A DNA stretch of 64,000 bases from Octopus bimaculoides. Lineage: Eukaryota. Below the pieces are notes generated by a model. It saw nothing but the letters and a program-made list of their open reading frames with translations, searched no databases and was not told the DNA's origin. The DNA lies in NCBI RefSeq assembly GCF_001194135.2, contig NC_068981.1, positions 53,950,324 through 54,014,323 of the forward strand, in the 5' to 3' direction. This document shows positions 24,111 to 37,102 of this stretch, piece after piece; positions within the stretch are counted from its first letter, which is position 1, and every line of letters begins with the position of its first letter. Made by a program: the position numbers and the translations under genes.

Positions 24111-24150
<40 letters not shown>

Positions 24151-24152
<2 letters not shown>

Positions 24153-24510
24153 CGCAGGGGTGGCTGTGTGGTAAGTAGCTTGCTTAACAACCACATAGTT
24201 CTAGGTTCAGTCCCACTGCGTGGCACCTTAGGCAAGTATGTTCTACTATAGCCTCGTGAGTAGATTTGGTAGACGGAAACTGAAAGAAGCCCGTCGTATA
24301 TATGTATGTATGAGCGTGTATATGTTTATGTATTTGTGTTTGTCCACCCAACATCGCTTGATAACCGATGCTGTTGTGTTTACTTAGCAGTTCGCCATAA
24401 TAATTACTAGGCTTACAAAGAATAAATCCTGGAGTCGTTTGCTCGACTAAAGGTGGTGCTCCAGCATGGCTGCAATCAAATGACTGAAATAAGTAAAAAA
24501 ATAAAAGAAT
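24151..24510 (+). mobile_element. SINE family A, complete
   Basis: Head ggcgcaggggtggctgtgtggtaagtag, B-box ggttcagtccc, tail aatgactgaaataagtaaaa. Confidence 0.88.
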
Positions 24511-24749
24511 ATATATATNNNNNNNNNNNNNNNNNNNNNNNNNNNNNNNNNNNNNNNNNNNNNNNNNNNNNNNNNNNNNNNNNNNNNNNNNNNNNNNNNN
24601 NNNNNNNNNNNNNNNNNNNNNNNNNNNNNNNNNNNNNNNNNNNNNNNNNNNNNNNNNNNNNNNNNNNNNNNNNNNNNNNNNNNNNNNNNNNNNNNNNNNN
24701 NNNNNNNNNNNNNNNNNNNNNNNNNNNNNNTATATATATATATATATAT

Positions 24750-25383
24750 TGATCCATGTTTACCCAACTCTTTGACAACAGCAGTAGAACAAGACAGTGA
24801 TTAGATGTAGGAGAGTCACCTAAACACTGCCCAAACCCACCATTGCACCCTAGAAAGTTAGTGGTCACTGTATGGTGATCTGCGAAGGGAGTTATTCATT
24901 ATTCATTTTTGTAACAAGGCAAAACGGTAACAGCAGCATCGTATTGCCCGGAAATTGATTGTATGCGTGAGGATTTGAAAAAGAAGCAACCTAGACTAGT
25001 GAATAGAGATGGCGCAATTTTGCTTCGCGACAATGCACGTTCTCACACTTCTCAAGTGCGGTCCAAAAGTTGCAAAGCCTGAATTATGAGATTTTGCAAC
25101 ATCATCCTTATTCCCCTGATCTCTCACCTACTGATCATCACTTATTTAAGCAGTTTGCGCTTTTCATAAGTAATATAACATTCTTAAATAGAGGAGAGGT
25201 AATTGAAGCATTCGGACAGTTTATCACGACAAAAGATGAATTTTTTTTTAAAGATGGAATATATGACATAGAGAAAAGTTGGGTAAACATGGATCATACT
25301 TTGATTACATATATCATTTCTCTAAAACTTCTGAAACATTTTACTATTATCTTTCAAATATATTTCTTGTGAAACAGTCTAAT

Positions 25384-25384
<1 letters not shown>
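24750..25384 (+). mobile_element. Mariner 3' half: DD34D catalytic domain pseudogene plus probable right TIR
   Basis: DNSSRTRQ*LDVGESPK...KLVVTVW*SAKGVIHY...LLRDNARSH...HHPYSPDLSPTDHHLF...GSYFD; end atttcttgtgaaacagtctaaTA. Confidence 0.9.
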
Positions 25385-25424
<40 letters not shown>

Positions 25425-25922
25425 AATAATAATAATAATAATAAAGGGTATAATCATTAATAATTTTACCAGGTGGTCAGCGCGAAAATAAAAACCTCAA
25501 AGGTAAATTTTACAAAATATTTTATAATTATATACGTAATTATAACAAGGGATTGGCTTTACGCCTCACCACGCACTGTAGAAATAAACGCCAAATGCCC
25601 TATTACCACCTTAAAATCTCCGAGAATAACACACTACACTGTAGGCGAGCAGAAGAAAAATAATGAATCAACAACGTTTCGGGTAACCGCGTACAAAATC
25701 CTGTTTCAAGCTTAAAGTAAAGAAATATTACCCACTGCTCTCATCAGCGACGGTATTCCATAGCCTAAATTTACGAGTATCTCAAAATATGCATGCGAGC
25801 TGCGACGTCGCATAACCAATATACATCCACACTCGTAGAAATATACTACAAAGAAGAATTCACATCTTTCTTTTATGAAGGAAGCCTGTCATGTGTGTGT
25901 GTGTGTGTATGTGTGTGTGAGA

Positions 25923-26025
<103 letters not shown>

Positions 26026-27369
26026 TGTCTTTTTGTTTGTTTGTCCTCCATCACTGCTTGACAACCGGTGTTGCTGTTTTTACATTCCCGTAACCTATAG
26101 AAAAAATAAAAGTAATAGGGTCGGTTAAAAGCATTCAAACAATATCAGTACGGAATAACTATTATGCAGTTACTCTTACAAACTGTTTTTAGTCCGAAAT
26201 TTCAAGACAAAAAAGGAAATCTTCCGCACTACATCTGATCTACCACATCGTTGGGCGCATATTAGTTTAAGTTGGCGTGCGTTAATGCATCGGACAAAAT
26301 GCTCAGAACTGTAAACTAGTAATATAGTTTCGTTCACTGAAAAATTACTCTTTATTCAAGAGTACAGCATAATTGATAAGCTTCACACTCAGCATGAAGC
26401 TACAGTTTTAAAGCCAATATTTTATTATTTTACTCGTCAACAAAATTTTCTTCTGGTATTTCTGTCAAAACTGAATTTGGTTCAGATAAATATTTATCTA
26501 AGTAACTTCCTAACATATTGGTTTCTTTACATCCCAGATCTAACTTATTTGTCGTTACTTCAGAGAAAAAATGCGACTCTGTTTCTTAATTTTATCATCC
26601 TCGCTTATCACCTTGTTAATCAAATAGGTTTGATTCACATAGTGAAACACACTAATCAGTCTGGACGTATAAACTAACGAAAAAACCAGCCCGCCAAACA
26701 ACCAGCCTGACAGCTAACTAAATAATTAGCCAGCAAGCCAACACGAAGATACTGTTTTACTTTAAACAACTCCACGGACGACGAGGCGGTGCCGCCACCA
26801 TTACAAACAATTCTATCGTTACCATCCTCCAAATACCGCCAATCAAACTAACAGTTGCCGTCGTCGCTTCACTACCTCTGTACCCCACCTCTCTCTTCTT
26901 TGCTTCCTCTCCTTCTTCACTCTATCACCATAGTCAGCGACGCTTCCGCCAACATTAATATCTTTGATGCAGTGGAATCTGTTTGAAACCGATGCCGAAG
27001 CGGCTTGGTTCATATTACTTATGATGTGCTGATGATAATCTTTGTTGAAATTCAAGCGGGTCCCTCTGCTCCTTTGATTAATGTCGAAGCGGGTGGTTCA
27101 ATCCTGCCTCTATTAGTAACACTATACGCACGTATTAACGCACGTGCATCGGACTTCATAAAAGAAGCTTTGATTTGGATTGTAACATTTAACATTGTTT
27201 AAACAAGCATCCAGTAACGAATATCCTCGTTACCAGCCAATTTGAACTCGACGTCCTTTAGCTAGGAATACCAACTTGTGTGCAAGTCGACTATTCAGCT
27301 TATTAGTAGTTTGACTATTTGATAGAAACTACACTAGCTTAGTACTATTGATTCCCCAAGGTCCTTTAC

Positions 27370-27752
27370 TTCTATCATCTTTACGTAAGTCATTTGACTG
27401 CGGGCATGCTGGAGCACCACCTTTAGTCGAGCAAATCGACTCCAGGACTTATTCTTTGTAAGCCTAGTACTTATTCTATCGGTCGCTTTTTGTCGAACCG
27501 CCAAGTTACGGTGACGTAAACACACCACCATCGGATGTCAAGCGATATTGGAGGGGGGGGGGACACAAACACAGACACACAAACACAAACACAAACGCAC
27601 AAACACACACATATATATACATATATACGACGGGCGTCTTTTAGTTTCCGTTTACCAAATCCACTCACAGGGCTTTGGTCGGCCCGAGGCTATAGTANNN
27701 NNNNNNNNNNNNNNCATGTGGCTGGTAAGTAAGCTACCTACCACATGTGCCT
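27370..27752 (-). mobile_element. SINE family A, interrupted by a gap
   Basis: Tail, body and head match the family. Confidence 0.85.
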
Positions 27753-27789
27753 ATTCATTCTTTAAATGCACTTAAACAGATATTCTTAT

Positions 27790-27955
27790 ATTGGTTTCAA
27801 ATTTTGGCACAAGGGAAGGACTCCAGTAATCAACTGGTACTTGTTTCATCGATCCGAGAGGATGAAAGGCAAAGTCGATCTTGGCAGAATTTGAACTATA
27901 AACGTAGAGACTGATGAACTGCCGACAAGCATTTTGTCAGCTCGACGCATTAACA
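27790..27955 (-). mobile_element. SINE family B fragment
   Basis: ggatgaaaggcaaagtcgatcttggcagaatttgaac. Confidence 0.7.
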
Positions 27956-27987
27956 GAAATTCTTATAATAACGTGAGTAGTGTATAC

Positions 27988-28206
27988 GGTGACCGGTAAT
28001 AAAGTCACAGGAAAAAAAGTCACAGTAATAAAGTCACAATTTTGGCTAGAAAAAAAAAGTCACAATTAATTTCTGGTGGCCGGTAATAAAGTCACAGGAA
28101 AAAATTCACAATTAATTTATGGGATCCGGACAAAACCCCCCTAGGACAAAACCTCTTCAGATACCCCCCGGGACAAAATATCTGTGACTTTTTTTTACTT
28201 GGATTC
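27988..28206. mobile_element. Foldback or MULE-like MITE remnant with subrepeats
   Basis: Repeated AAAGTCACA and GGACAAAA motifs, with inverted TGTGACTTT at the right end. Confidence 0.5.
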
Positions 28207-28279
28207 GTGTATACATACAAACATACAGAGGTTTGAACTAGTAAAAGTTTGTGCGTGTGTAGTTTCGAATTTTGGTTGA

Positions 28280-28745
28280 AGGTAAGCAATTTTGACGGGA
28301 GATGGTTACATCGACACTAGTTCATTAGCTTATTTTATCAAGCTCGAGAAGATGAACGGCAAAGTCGAAATCGGCGGCATTTGAACTTAGAACATACCGA
28401 ATCTGAAGAAATGCAGCTAAGCATTTCCCGACGCGCCAACCTTTCTGCCACCTCACCTTTTTTTTATGCTTTCAAATTTTGGAACACGATCACCAATTTT
28501 AGTGGGAGGAGATCAGACCGATGTATGTATTGAGGTCGATTATATTAACTCCAGTATAAAATACTAATCAAAGACCTGGGTTCGATCATAATCGACTCTA
28601 GTACTTGACTGGTGTTTTATCTTATCGACCGTAGAGGGATAAAAGTAAAAAATGACTCTGCCGGAATTTGAAGTCAGAAGGTAATGCAGCTGAAGAAGTT
28701 CCGTAAAGCATGTTGTCCGGCACTAATGATTCTACCCAGTTTCTC
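28280..28745 (-). mobile_element. Two diverged family B SINE copies
   Basis: Two ...ggcaaagtcgaaatcggcggcatttgaac-like cores at about 28340 and 28630. Confidence 0.65.
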
Positions 28746-29221
28746 CCCGGGCTCACATATATAGTTTGTGCTTTACATCTTTCTCTCTTTACATACACTC
28801 GGATACAGTATCTTATAGAATTATATGACTGTCCACATGTTGCGTTTATAAGCAGTGGAATGATACATTGAATAAAACTGCATGTAATGATAATTAAAAA
28901 AAACAACATAATTCTAAATAATTCCATTAAAAACGAGAAACGAAAAACAATGCAATTTATGTGTTGTGTGTGTGTGTGTGTGTGTGTGTTCGCGCGCGCT
29001 AAGGAGAGAGAGTCTATATATAGGGAGTTGATGACGGGATTTATGTTTCATATGCTTGCTTGTGAATATTTTCTATTTTGAGGTTTCGTTATTCTGAGTT
29101 GTACATTCTTGTGATGCTGAATATGTTTTAGGGGTCATGCTTCATGGTGCTTACATATAATTGACATCGCATGATTGTCTACATTGATAGCCTTATTATG
29201 CTAGGGTAATACTTAATGATT

Positions 29222-29884
29222 GGATCTATTTCAAAACGGGGGCACCAGTATTTTCTTAACTAAACACTAACGAAACACTTTGAAACTTGGGACACTAGTA
29301 GAATGTGTCATATAAAACATCTTTTACTCTTAGTGTTCTTAACAAAAAAAAACGTACATCGCAAGTTATTCCATATTAAAGTTGTCGTATTTCTGTAATT
29401 TCAACCAATCACTGACGTCTATTCAGCTGAATAGAGTTACTGCTGGGCGGTCATAAAAATGTTATTCCCTGTGACATATTTCATCCGGTTTAATCGTAAT
29501 TTATACGCATATATTGTTTATATAATAAATTACGCTGTGCGTATCTATGTGTGTAACAATTTTAGAGTTCAGATTCTAGAGTTAGGGTTAGTTTTAGGGT
29601 TAGGGTTAGGGTTAACAGTCTAGTTAGGGTTAGGGTTAGGGTTAGGGGATTAATACGATATACACCGTTACAGCGCTAACTGTTTTCAACTGAATAGACG
29701 TCAGTGATTAGTAGAAATTATCGAAATAAGACAATTTTTTACATGAAATAAATTCGAATACAAATTTTTTTTTCTGTTCTATAACACTAAATAGATAAGT
29801 ATACGAAGTTTGAAAGTCTTTCGGTACCAAAAACACTACGTAAAACATTAATGAAAACTGGTGCCCCCGTTTTGAAATAGATCC
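29222..29884. mobile_element. Complete 663-bp non-autonomous DNA transposon (Merlin- or MULE-like) with internal TTAGGG arrays
   Basis: Perfect 28-bp TIR GGATCTATTTCAAAACGGGGGCACCAGT; 8-bp TSD TAATGATT (29214-29221, 29885-29892); long imperfect subterminal inverted arms; eight TTAGGG units at 29582-29647. The superfamily is inferred from GG termini plus 8-bp TSD. Confidence 0.92.
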
Positions 29885-30689
29885 TAATGATTTCTAGTTT
29901 TCGGAGGTTTTACATATTAGGTATATAAAACATAAATGCGAATTTGCAACAATACCTAGATTACATATTCCACGGCTACCCCCCCAAAAAAAACAAAGTA
30001 TGCACACACACGCACGCTCGTAAGCATGCACACACACTCACACGATATGATAGACACAATATCTTGTTTATATAATTTGTTTCCTACGTACGTTTCACCA
30101 TTGTTGTTATTTGCATTCTCTCCAGCTAGTGTTCCAACTGCAGTTGGATGCTGAATTACGGTAGTTCGTCAAGAGAACTGGAAGTAGTCTCTACATAAAG
30201 CTCTAAACTCGCCAGTAGCATTCGTACATCTAACTGTTCACACAAGAAAATGCCATGTCCGTGTGTGTGCGCATGTGTATGTGTGTGCGTGTATGTGTGA
30301 GCGTGTGTATACATGTGTGTGCGTGTGTGTGTGTGTGCGCGCACTCACACATCACATATTTGTACCCTCATGCACATAGTAGAGACTATACTAACATAAT
30401 ACATACTATAACTGAGACATTTTCTCTGTCAACTTCGCTGTGAAGATATCGGTAACCCAGTTTTCCGTTCATTTGTTTCCTTGCGTTTCTTTACTTCCGC
30501 TACCAATGTTTTGTTTATATTTTCCCTCCTCTCCGCTATAAAAGCCGAGCACCAACAAACAAAACAAAACAAAACAAAATCTGAAAAATATAAAATGAAG
30601 GAAAAGTATTTTAAACAAAATATTCGGACCTTTGATAAGATCACTATCTGGAAGATGAATGATATTAATGAACGGAAATTTTTTTTCTC

Positions 30690-30864
30690 TCATTCGAAAT
30701 GAAAATAAAAAATCGAAGGAAAGAAAAAGAAGGAATAAACGGGGGGGGNNNNNNNNNNAGATGGAATAGCTTGATAGCAGAAGAGTAAGAAGGTATATGG
30801 CGGGCACAGAGAGAACGAAATAGAATGTGGGGCACACAGAATGAAAAGGAATGAGAGAGAGGGA

Positions 30865-30905
<41 letters not shown>

Positions 30906-31345
30906 GTGAGGGAAAGGAAATGAGGAACAGATAGAGGCGTATTCATACTAAGCATGAATGAAAATAGGTAGGGTATTTTATAGTGAGCAAAGGGGAAAAA
31001 ACGGGAGTGAACTAAATAGAAAGTCAGGCAGGAATAGAAAGGAAATTGTATGAAAGCGAAAGAAAATATAAAAATTGAGGATTGGGAAGACGGAAAGAAG
31101 AGACGATAGAGAAAAGCGGAGAAAAAAAAAATTAATAAAGCAACAAAATTATAAGCAAAGAAAAGAATGAAAAAAAGGAAAATAGAGAAAGGGGTGGTTA
31201 GAAAAGACTGAGAATCAAACGTGAGGAAAGGAATGTATGAAAAGAAAAGACAAAAGGCTAGAGACGAGATAAAAGGGAAAGGAAATAGAAGCAAGGTGAG
31301 AAGAAACTGAAACTGAAAACAGATGAGATGAAGGAGGAACAAAAG
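30690..31345. repeat. Purine-rich low-complexity tract
   Basis: Almost only A and G on the + strand. Confidence 0.85.
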
Positions 31346-31883
31346 AGGTGTGTGTGTGTGTGTGTGTACAAAGCATGCAAATAATTTGGTTGATGTGGTA
31401 GCTTTCCGAATTCAATCAGTTACCTTACTCCACAAATCTTTGGAGTTACTGTCAACAAAATTTTAACATTCGATTTTACTGAGCCCTTTAAGGCAGAGAT
31501 CTATCAAAAGTCTGTAGTAACTGAATTAGACTTATTATTTCGGTTTCTCTGTCGATCTTCCTCGTCAGTGAAATCATAAGGATTGATTGAAGTCGAATTT
31601 TGCGTGTAATATAAAGGTTTTCATTCGAAAAAATAAAATCCGCGTAGTAGCTGGGGAAAAAAAAAAAAACCGGCGAAGATTTAAAATGTTTTCAAATAAT
31701 TTTTGTGTTAAGTGAAATGGGATATTATCAAAATCATCTGACACTGAAAGGCTGCCAATGTTCTCTGCCACGTTAGTATCACATAGCATGGAAAAACTGC
31801 TAAAATGGAAAGCAGTGGCTGTACTGAGAGAGGTGGAAGAAAGAAAATATTAAGAGAGGTGACTCAGATATATTGATGAATGG

Positions 31884-32062
31884 TTGAGTGAGTGAATGAG
31901 TGAGTGAGTGAGTGAGTGAGTGAGTGAGTGAGTGAGTGAGTGAGTGAGTGAGTGAGTGAATGAGTGAGNNNNNNNNNNTGAATGAGTGAGTGAGTGAGTG
32001 AGTGAGTGAGTGAGTGAGTGAGTGAGTGAGTGAGTGAGTGAGTGAATGAGTGAGTGAGTGAG
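31884..32062. repeat. (TGAG)n microsatellite
   Basis: Directly visible. Confidence 0.95.
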
Positions 32063-32072
32063 AGATACTTTG

Positions 32073-32192
32073 AGAGAAAGAGAGATAGAAAGGGAAAGAG
32101 AAAAAGAGATAGAAAGGGAAAGAGAAAGAGAGATAGAAAGGGAAAGAGAAAAAGAGATAGAAAGGGAAAGAGAAAGAGAGATAGAAAGGGAA
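32073..32192. repeat. 24-bp minisatellite, 5 copies with alternating variants
   Basis: AGAGAAA(G/A)AGAGATAGAAAGGGAA in G,A,G,A,G order. Confidence 0.95.
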
Positions 32193-32804
32193 AGAGAGAG
32201 AGAGGGTGGAAAGAGAGAAATACAATAAGTGAAATATGCAATATCAATTCCATTCTCATTTCTATTTCGGTCCCATTGAGATCTCTCGATTTCTATGAAT
32301 GAGAATGTTGTACATATTTGTTTTTAAAGGTGTTCTCCATTAGCCTTATGTTGTTCTTTTCTATACTATACTTATCCAAGCATAAGCTATTGAAATTGCA
32401 TGCTAGTCTTTGGTTCCAATGCATTTCTATTTATCTAACCTCTGTGCAATGCTTCTGTTAATTAATACTAAATACATAAACATATACGATGAGCATCTGC
32501 ACAGTTTATCAACCACGTATTCAGCTCACAAGGTATGGTAAAGGACACTTGTGTAAAAGCTGCTCTTGGGAAAAAAACTTGGAGCGACTTGTTTCGGAGC
32601 AATGTTCTTATTAGAGAATTTGTGATCTGAAGGTTAATAGGGAAGTTTAATTTTTTTTGTCTTTTTCTCCATAAGTTATCCTTGTTCGAACATATTCAAT
32701 GGGCAAAGATATTCTAGACTTTATAATTCCCGTCTATGCCTTATCCCAATTTACCGTTTAAAATGGTAAGGTATGATTTGCGAGATTTTTAGCTGCTGTT
32801 TCTG

Positions 32805-33040
32805 AACATCTTGTGCACTCACAGGTGCCCTTGTGTTTGTGTATTCCTCTCACCACCGCTTGACAACTGATGTTGAATTTTTTCAGATCGATGTAGCAGA
32901 GAGGTTCGGCAGAAGAGATCGACTGAGTAAGTACCAAACTTAAAATTAAGTACTGGGGGCGATTTGTTCGTCCACATTCTTTAACTTTAAGGTGGTTCCC
33001 CAGCATGGTCACAGTACAATGAATGAAACAGGCAAATGAT
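32805..33040 (+). mobile_element. SINE family A-related 3' half
   Basis: accaccgcttgacaac...ttcggcagaagagatcga...ggttccccagcatggtcacag...tgaaacagg. Confidence 0.6.
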
Positions 33041-33229
33041 AAAGATGAGCACTTTCGCAGGTAGGAAATTTTAAAAAAATCTTTTCGAGCTTAATAATTT
33101 TCAGAAAATTTGCGAAAGACAAGTGATTAAATCATCTAATAAAAACAAACTAAAACAGCTTAGCAATTTTATGTCATAATACAATATCATTGAAAAAAAA
33201 AATCAACAACTCATTTTTAATGCAAGTCA

Positions 33230-33517
33230 CATTTTGCAAACAACGTGAACCACTGGGCGCCATCATGTTCTTTCTGAGTATTTAATCCTATAAATATACC
33301 TTTCTACACATATGTCATAATAACATGAAAATCATGGGAATTCCGCTGCGATGCATGCAGTGACACCCTCTCGTAATGCTCCGACACATTAACATTCAAT
33401 ATTCAACGATCAGCTAATAGGAGAATGCCTTACATTGAGCCAAGGCAAAAACGACTAAAATGTCGGTCTGCCTACTTACCGTTGGCGACCAAAATGTTTT
33501 GTCCGCAGAAGGGTTAA
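33230..33517. mobile_element. Possible piggyBac-like right end
   Basis: Ends ...CAGAAGGG|TTAA; no matching left end found. Confidence 0.3.
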
Positions 33518-34455
33518 TACATATATCATTCAACTAAATCCTTCAGTACTCTTCGTATCCATGGGATCATGTTGCTGCAACACAAATAAACATCTCAGAT
33601 AAACCGATCATTTGGCCGATTGGCCAAAAATCAATCACCAACGGGCTTGACTCCAACTATTAGTTTACATATGCTCTGGTATCTTCTGAAGAAGAAAAAC
33701 TGCGTATACTCTTAGAGAGAATACGCACTGTTTCTTCTTTCTGCGTCTTTTATTACTAATACAATGGCCTTAGCTCAACAGAATTACCTTATCACATATC
33801 CTTTCTACCCATGCCAATTCTTTTCCCAATCTTTTTTCATCCCAGCAACATTATTGTGCATATTACATTTACATACATATATCCAGACAGGCATGCGTAT
33901 ATGCCAAAAGAAACAAAACAAAACAAGACTGAAAAAAAAAAAACTCCCAAGAGTTTTAAGAGTTAAACAGTTATCAATCTACTGAAGTTAAGCCAGTGAA
34001 GAAAAATCACTGACTTTAAACCAAATACATTGGGGAGCAGCATGGTTCTAACTTTTCAGAGAAAACTGAGATTGCGTGTAATATTTTTTCATTTTGCATG
34101 CAATGCTAAATTCTATTTGTTGAGAAAGAAAGAACGAAGGAAGGAAAAAAAGAAGTGGTTGAAGAAATTGATAATAGTCGGATAAATATGCACCATTTCG
34201 AGGACAAGTAAAAAGAAACATTGTAGTATATAAAGACAATAAGGATAACGAAAAAGGAAAAGGAGAGAAAACATTTAAGACCAGCATTAACTACAAAGTA
34301 TTAAGAGAAGCCCCCACCCACCAGTAAAACATGGAAGTATGCAAAAATGAACCTAAGCAAATAGGCAAATAGCTTCTCACGACAGAAAAAAGTTACACAC
34401 GCACGCACACACGCACACACGCGCGCGCTTATATATATACATACATCACAGAACA

Positions 34456-34498
<43 letters not shown>

Positions 34499-34900
34499 CA
34501 CACATAAATTTGTGTGTTGGATGAAAAGGAAATTGTAAAGCAGATTACAATGAAGGTATATATTACGATGAAACGAGAGACATGAATGATTAACTATAAA
34601 CAATGTTTTGGCAGTTGTCAATTGTGGATCTATTCTTCTGTCGTCATGTAAAACATGAAAAGTTCGATAACGATTTCTTAGCGAGAGTATGAGAAAAAAA
34701 AAAAAGAAAAAAAAAGAGGAAGAAATACTAACTGCAAAAGCTGTTTTGGTTAAGCATAGAAATGGAATGAGAGAATATCTCTCTTATGAAAGGCAGTACA
34801 TTTATTTTTATGAATAAAAGTCTTAGTATTAAGATTGATATAGTTAATATCGAGGTTTAACATTGCAGGTTAGAGTAATAAAGAATCATAGGGTAATTGT

Positions 34901-35043
34901 CAGGGCCGGCTCAAGGTACAGGCAACTCGTGCTAGGGGGTGCCGAGGAGGGTTTGACAAAGACAAGAAAATTTCCACGACCGTTAGTCTGTACACACCGA
35001 AGTTCAGCTTGCCTGGGGCGCCAGCAAACCTAGGGCTGGCCCG
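34901..35043. mobile_element. Short hAT-like MITE
   Basis: CAGGGCCGGCTCAAGG ... CCTAGGGCTGGCCCG imperfect TIRs; TSD not evident. Confidence 0.5.
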
Positions 35044-35319
35044 CGAATTTTTTTTTTTCCATGAGAGTTCTGGATCCCAGTTATGAACTCATTTGCATAC
35101 AGCCAATCATAGCTCAACTATTAAACTAGTGTGCGTTATAGCAAAATCTGTTCTAAACGGATTAATAGGAGTGACCGATGATGCCATAAGTGTTGCCAAT
35201 TTGCGTAATTTACTAGAAAATGTAAATGAGTGTAGTTTCCTAATTTTTGACTGATTTTGTACATTCCTAATTTAAAATATTGGTATTGATCTGGAAACAT
35301 CGTAATCAATATGGCGTTG

Positions 35320-35740
35320 GGATCTTTCTGATTTGGCGGACACCATTTTTTATTTAGTGTGTTTTCTACCGAAACACTTTAAAACTTCGTATACTTGTAT
35401 ATTTTGTCTTATAAAACAGAGAAAAAATTTTATATTCGAAGTTATTTCATGTTAAAAGTTGTCGTATTTCGGTAATTTCAACCAATCACTGACCAATTAC
35501 TGCTGTGGATTGTCAACAAGACATTGTGGCGGTGTAATGGGATCTTTTCCGTTGAATAAAATTAGTGCCGTTGTTTGTCAACAACAACTATCGGCAGTAC
35601 TGTTATTTATGACATCGTTCGTGCGTTTGTACTGGTTTTAGCTTTAGGGTTTTAGGGTTAGGGTTAGGGTTAGGGTTAGGGTTATGAGTATTTTTGCCAA
35701 ATTTGGTGAAAATTTTGTGGCGGTGTATTGAACAGATTTT
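35320..35740. mobile_element. Third GGATCT-terminal MITE with (TTAGGG)5
   Basis: Starts GGATCTTTCTGATTTGGCGGACACCA; arm shared with the 29222 element; second GGATCTTTTCCGTTG end at about 35539; five contiguous TTAGGG at 35652-35681. Confidence 0.75.
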
Positions 35741-35812
35741 CACGCGCACAAACACACACACACAAACACAACATAGCCACACGCATGCGTACGTGCAGAG
35801 ATATACACATAA

Positions 35813-35848
<36 letters not shown>

Positions 35849-35946
35849 TATATGTGTGTATACATGTATATATATTCTTTGTATTATTACATTATTGAAC
35901 GCACACGTCCTTTTTTGCAAGTAAGTCTACTATATATATATATATA

Positions 35947-36336
35947 TAAGCATTTACTTTTCGTAATGAGATAAAAAAAAAAAAAGCCAAGGCTGTGTGC
36001 ATTATAGAACATTTATAAATAGAAGGTCTAACAGCTGTTTCCAAGATATTTATTATATCCTTTCATCGGAGACGGTGTGAGAGGATGGTTAAGCAATAGT
36101 TAATTTAGATAAGATAGGAGATAGAGAGTGAATGCAGGGATATTGTATTTGTAAATGCATTGTTTAGGCAGAATGGTATACATATAAGATTCCAATACAT
36201 CGTGAGTAAAATCCAACAGTTTTTATAATAAGTATCCTGGAAACAGCTGTAAGACATTCTATTTATGAATGTTCTATAATGCACACAGTCTTGTTTTTTG
36301 TTTTGTTTTTATCTCATTACGAAAAATAAATCCTTA
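35947..36336. mobile_element. Foldback MITE with about 110-bp inverted arms
   Basis: Arms 35947-36057 and 36224-36336 (ctgtgtgcattatagaacat..acagctgtttcc); (TA)n at the left flank. Confidence 0.88.
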
Positions 36337-36475
36337 TATTCACACGCTGATATATGACCTACGTTGGACCCCTTTTTCGCATAATCACCGAACCTGGAGC
36401 TTAACTATGGTCTATCCATAGCACTTACTCAGCATTACCTGAAACCTCTGGGTCTAATTGACACCACTATCGCTC

Positions 36476-36530
<55 letters not shown>

Positions 36531-36704
36531 CAATGTATGTGAATATATGCACACATACATGCACATACACACAATCGCTCACATACACTCACGCACACAT
36601 ATAATTTCTTCGTCGCTAATATAAATATATTGCTTGCAAGACGCATTCCTTTTCCTTCAATTTCGACGGAGTGAGAGAGGAACGAGTGAGAAGAGAGAGA
36701 GAAA

Positions 36705-36775
<71 letters not shown>

Positions 36776-36961
36776 AGAGAGAGATAGAGAAAGAGAGAGA
36801 GAGAGAGAGAAAGCGAGGAGTGGGAAAGAAGCCTTCTCACCTTTCACAAATTTCAGTTTATAATCCTGTCCAGTGCTAATGTCGTTATCCACCTAGGAAT
36901 TACAATTATCTTAAGAGATGTCCTTGCAGGACATCACTCAAGGATGTTTTGATACAATGGT

Positions 36962-36963
36962 TT

Positions 36964-37015
<52 letters not shown>

Positions 37016-37052
37016 GTTGATGTTGCTTTTGCCACTGCTGCTGCTGCTGCTG

Positions 37053-37102
<50 letters not shown>
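36962..37102. repeat. (CTA)n/(CTG)n microsatellite running into an 873-bp gap
   Basis: Directly visible. Confidence 0.95.

Noticed and set aside
25672-25712. Minus-strand ...CCCGAAACGTT motif
   Set aside because: Core reads TTGAAAC and stems are poor; too eroded to call.
26880-26910. Peptide RKQRRER identical to the Otx homeodomain N-terminal arm
   Set aside because: It is not followed by TTFTRAQL or any homeodomain; it comes from a purine-rich run.
29582-29647. True telomere or chromosome fusion site
   Set aside because: Arrays are short and enclosed by transposon TIRs with a TSD.
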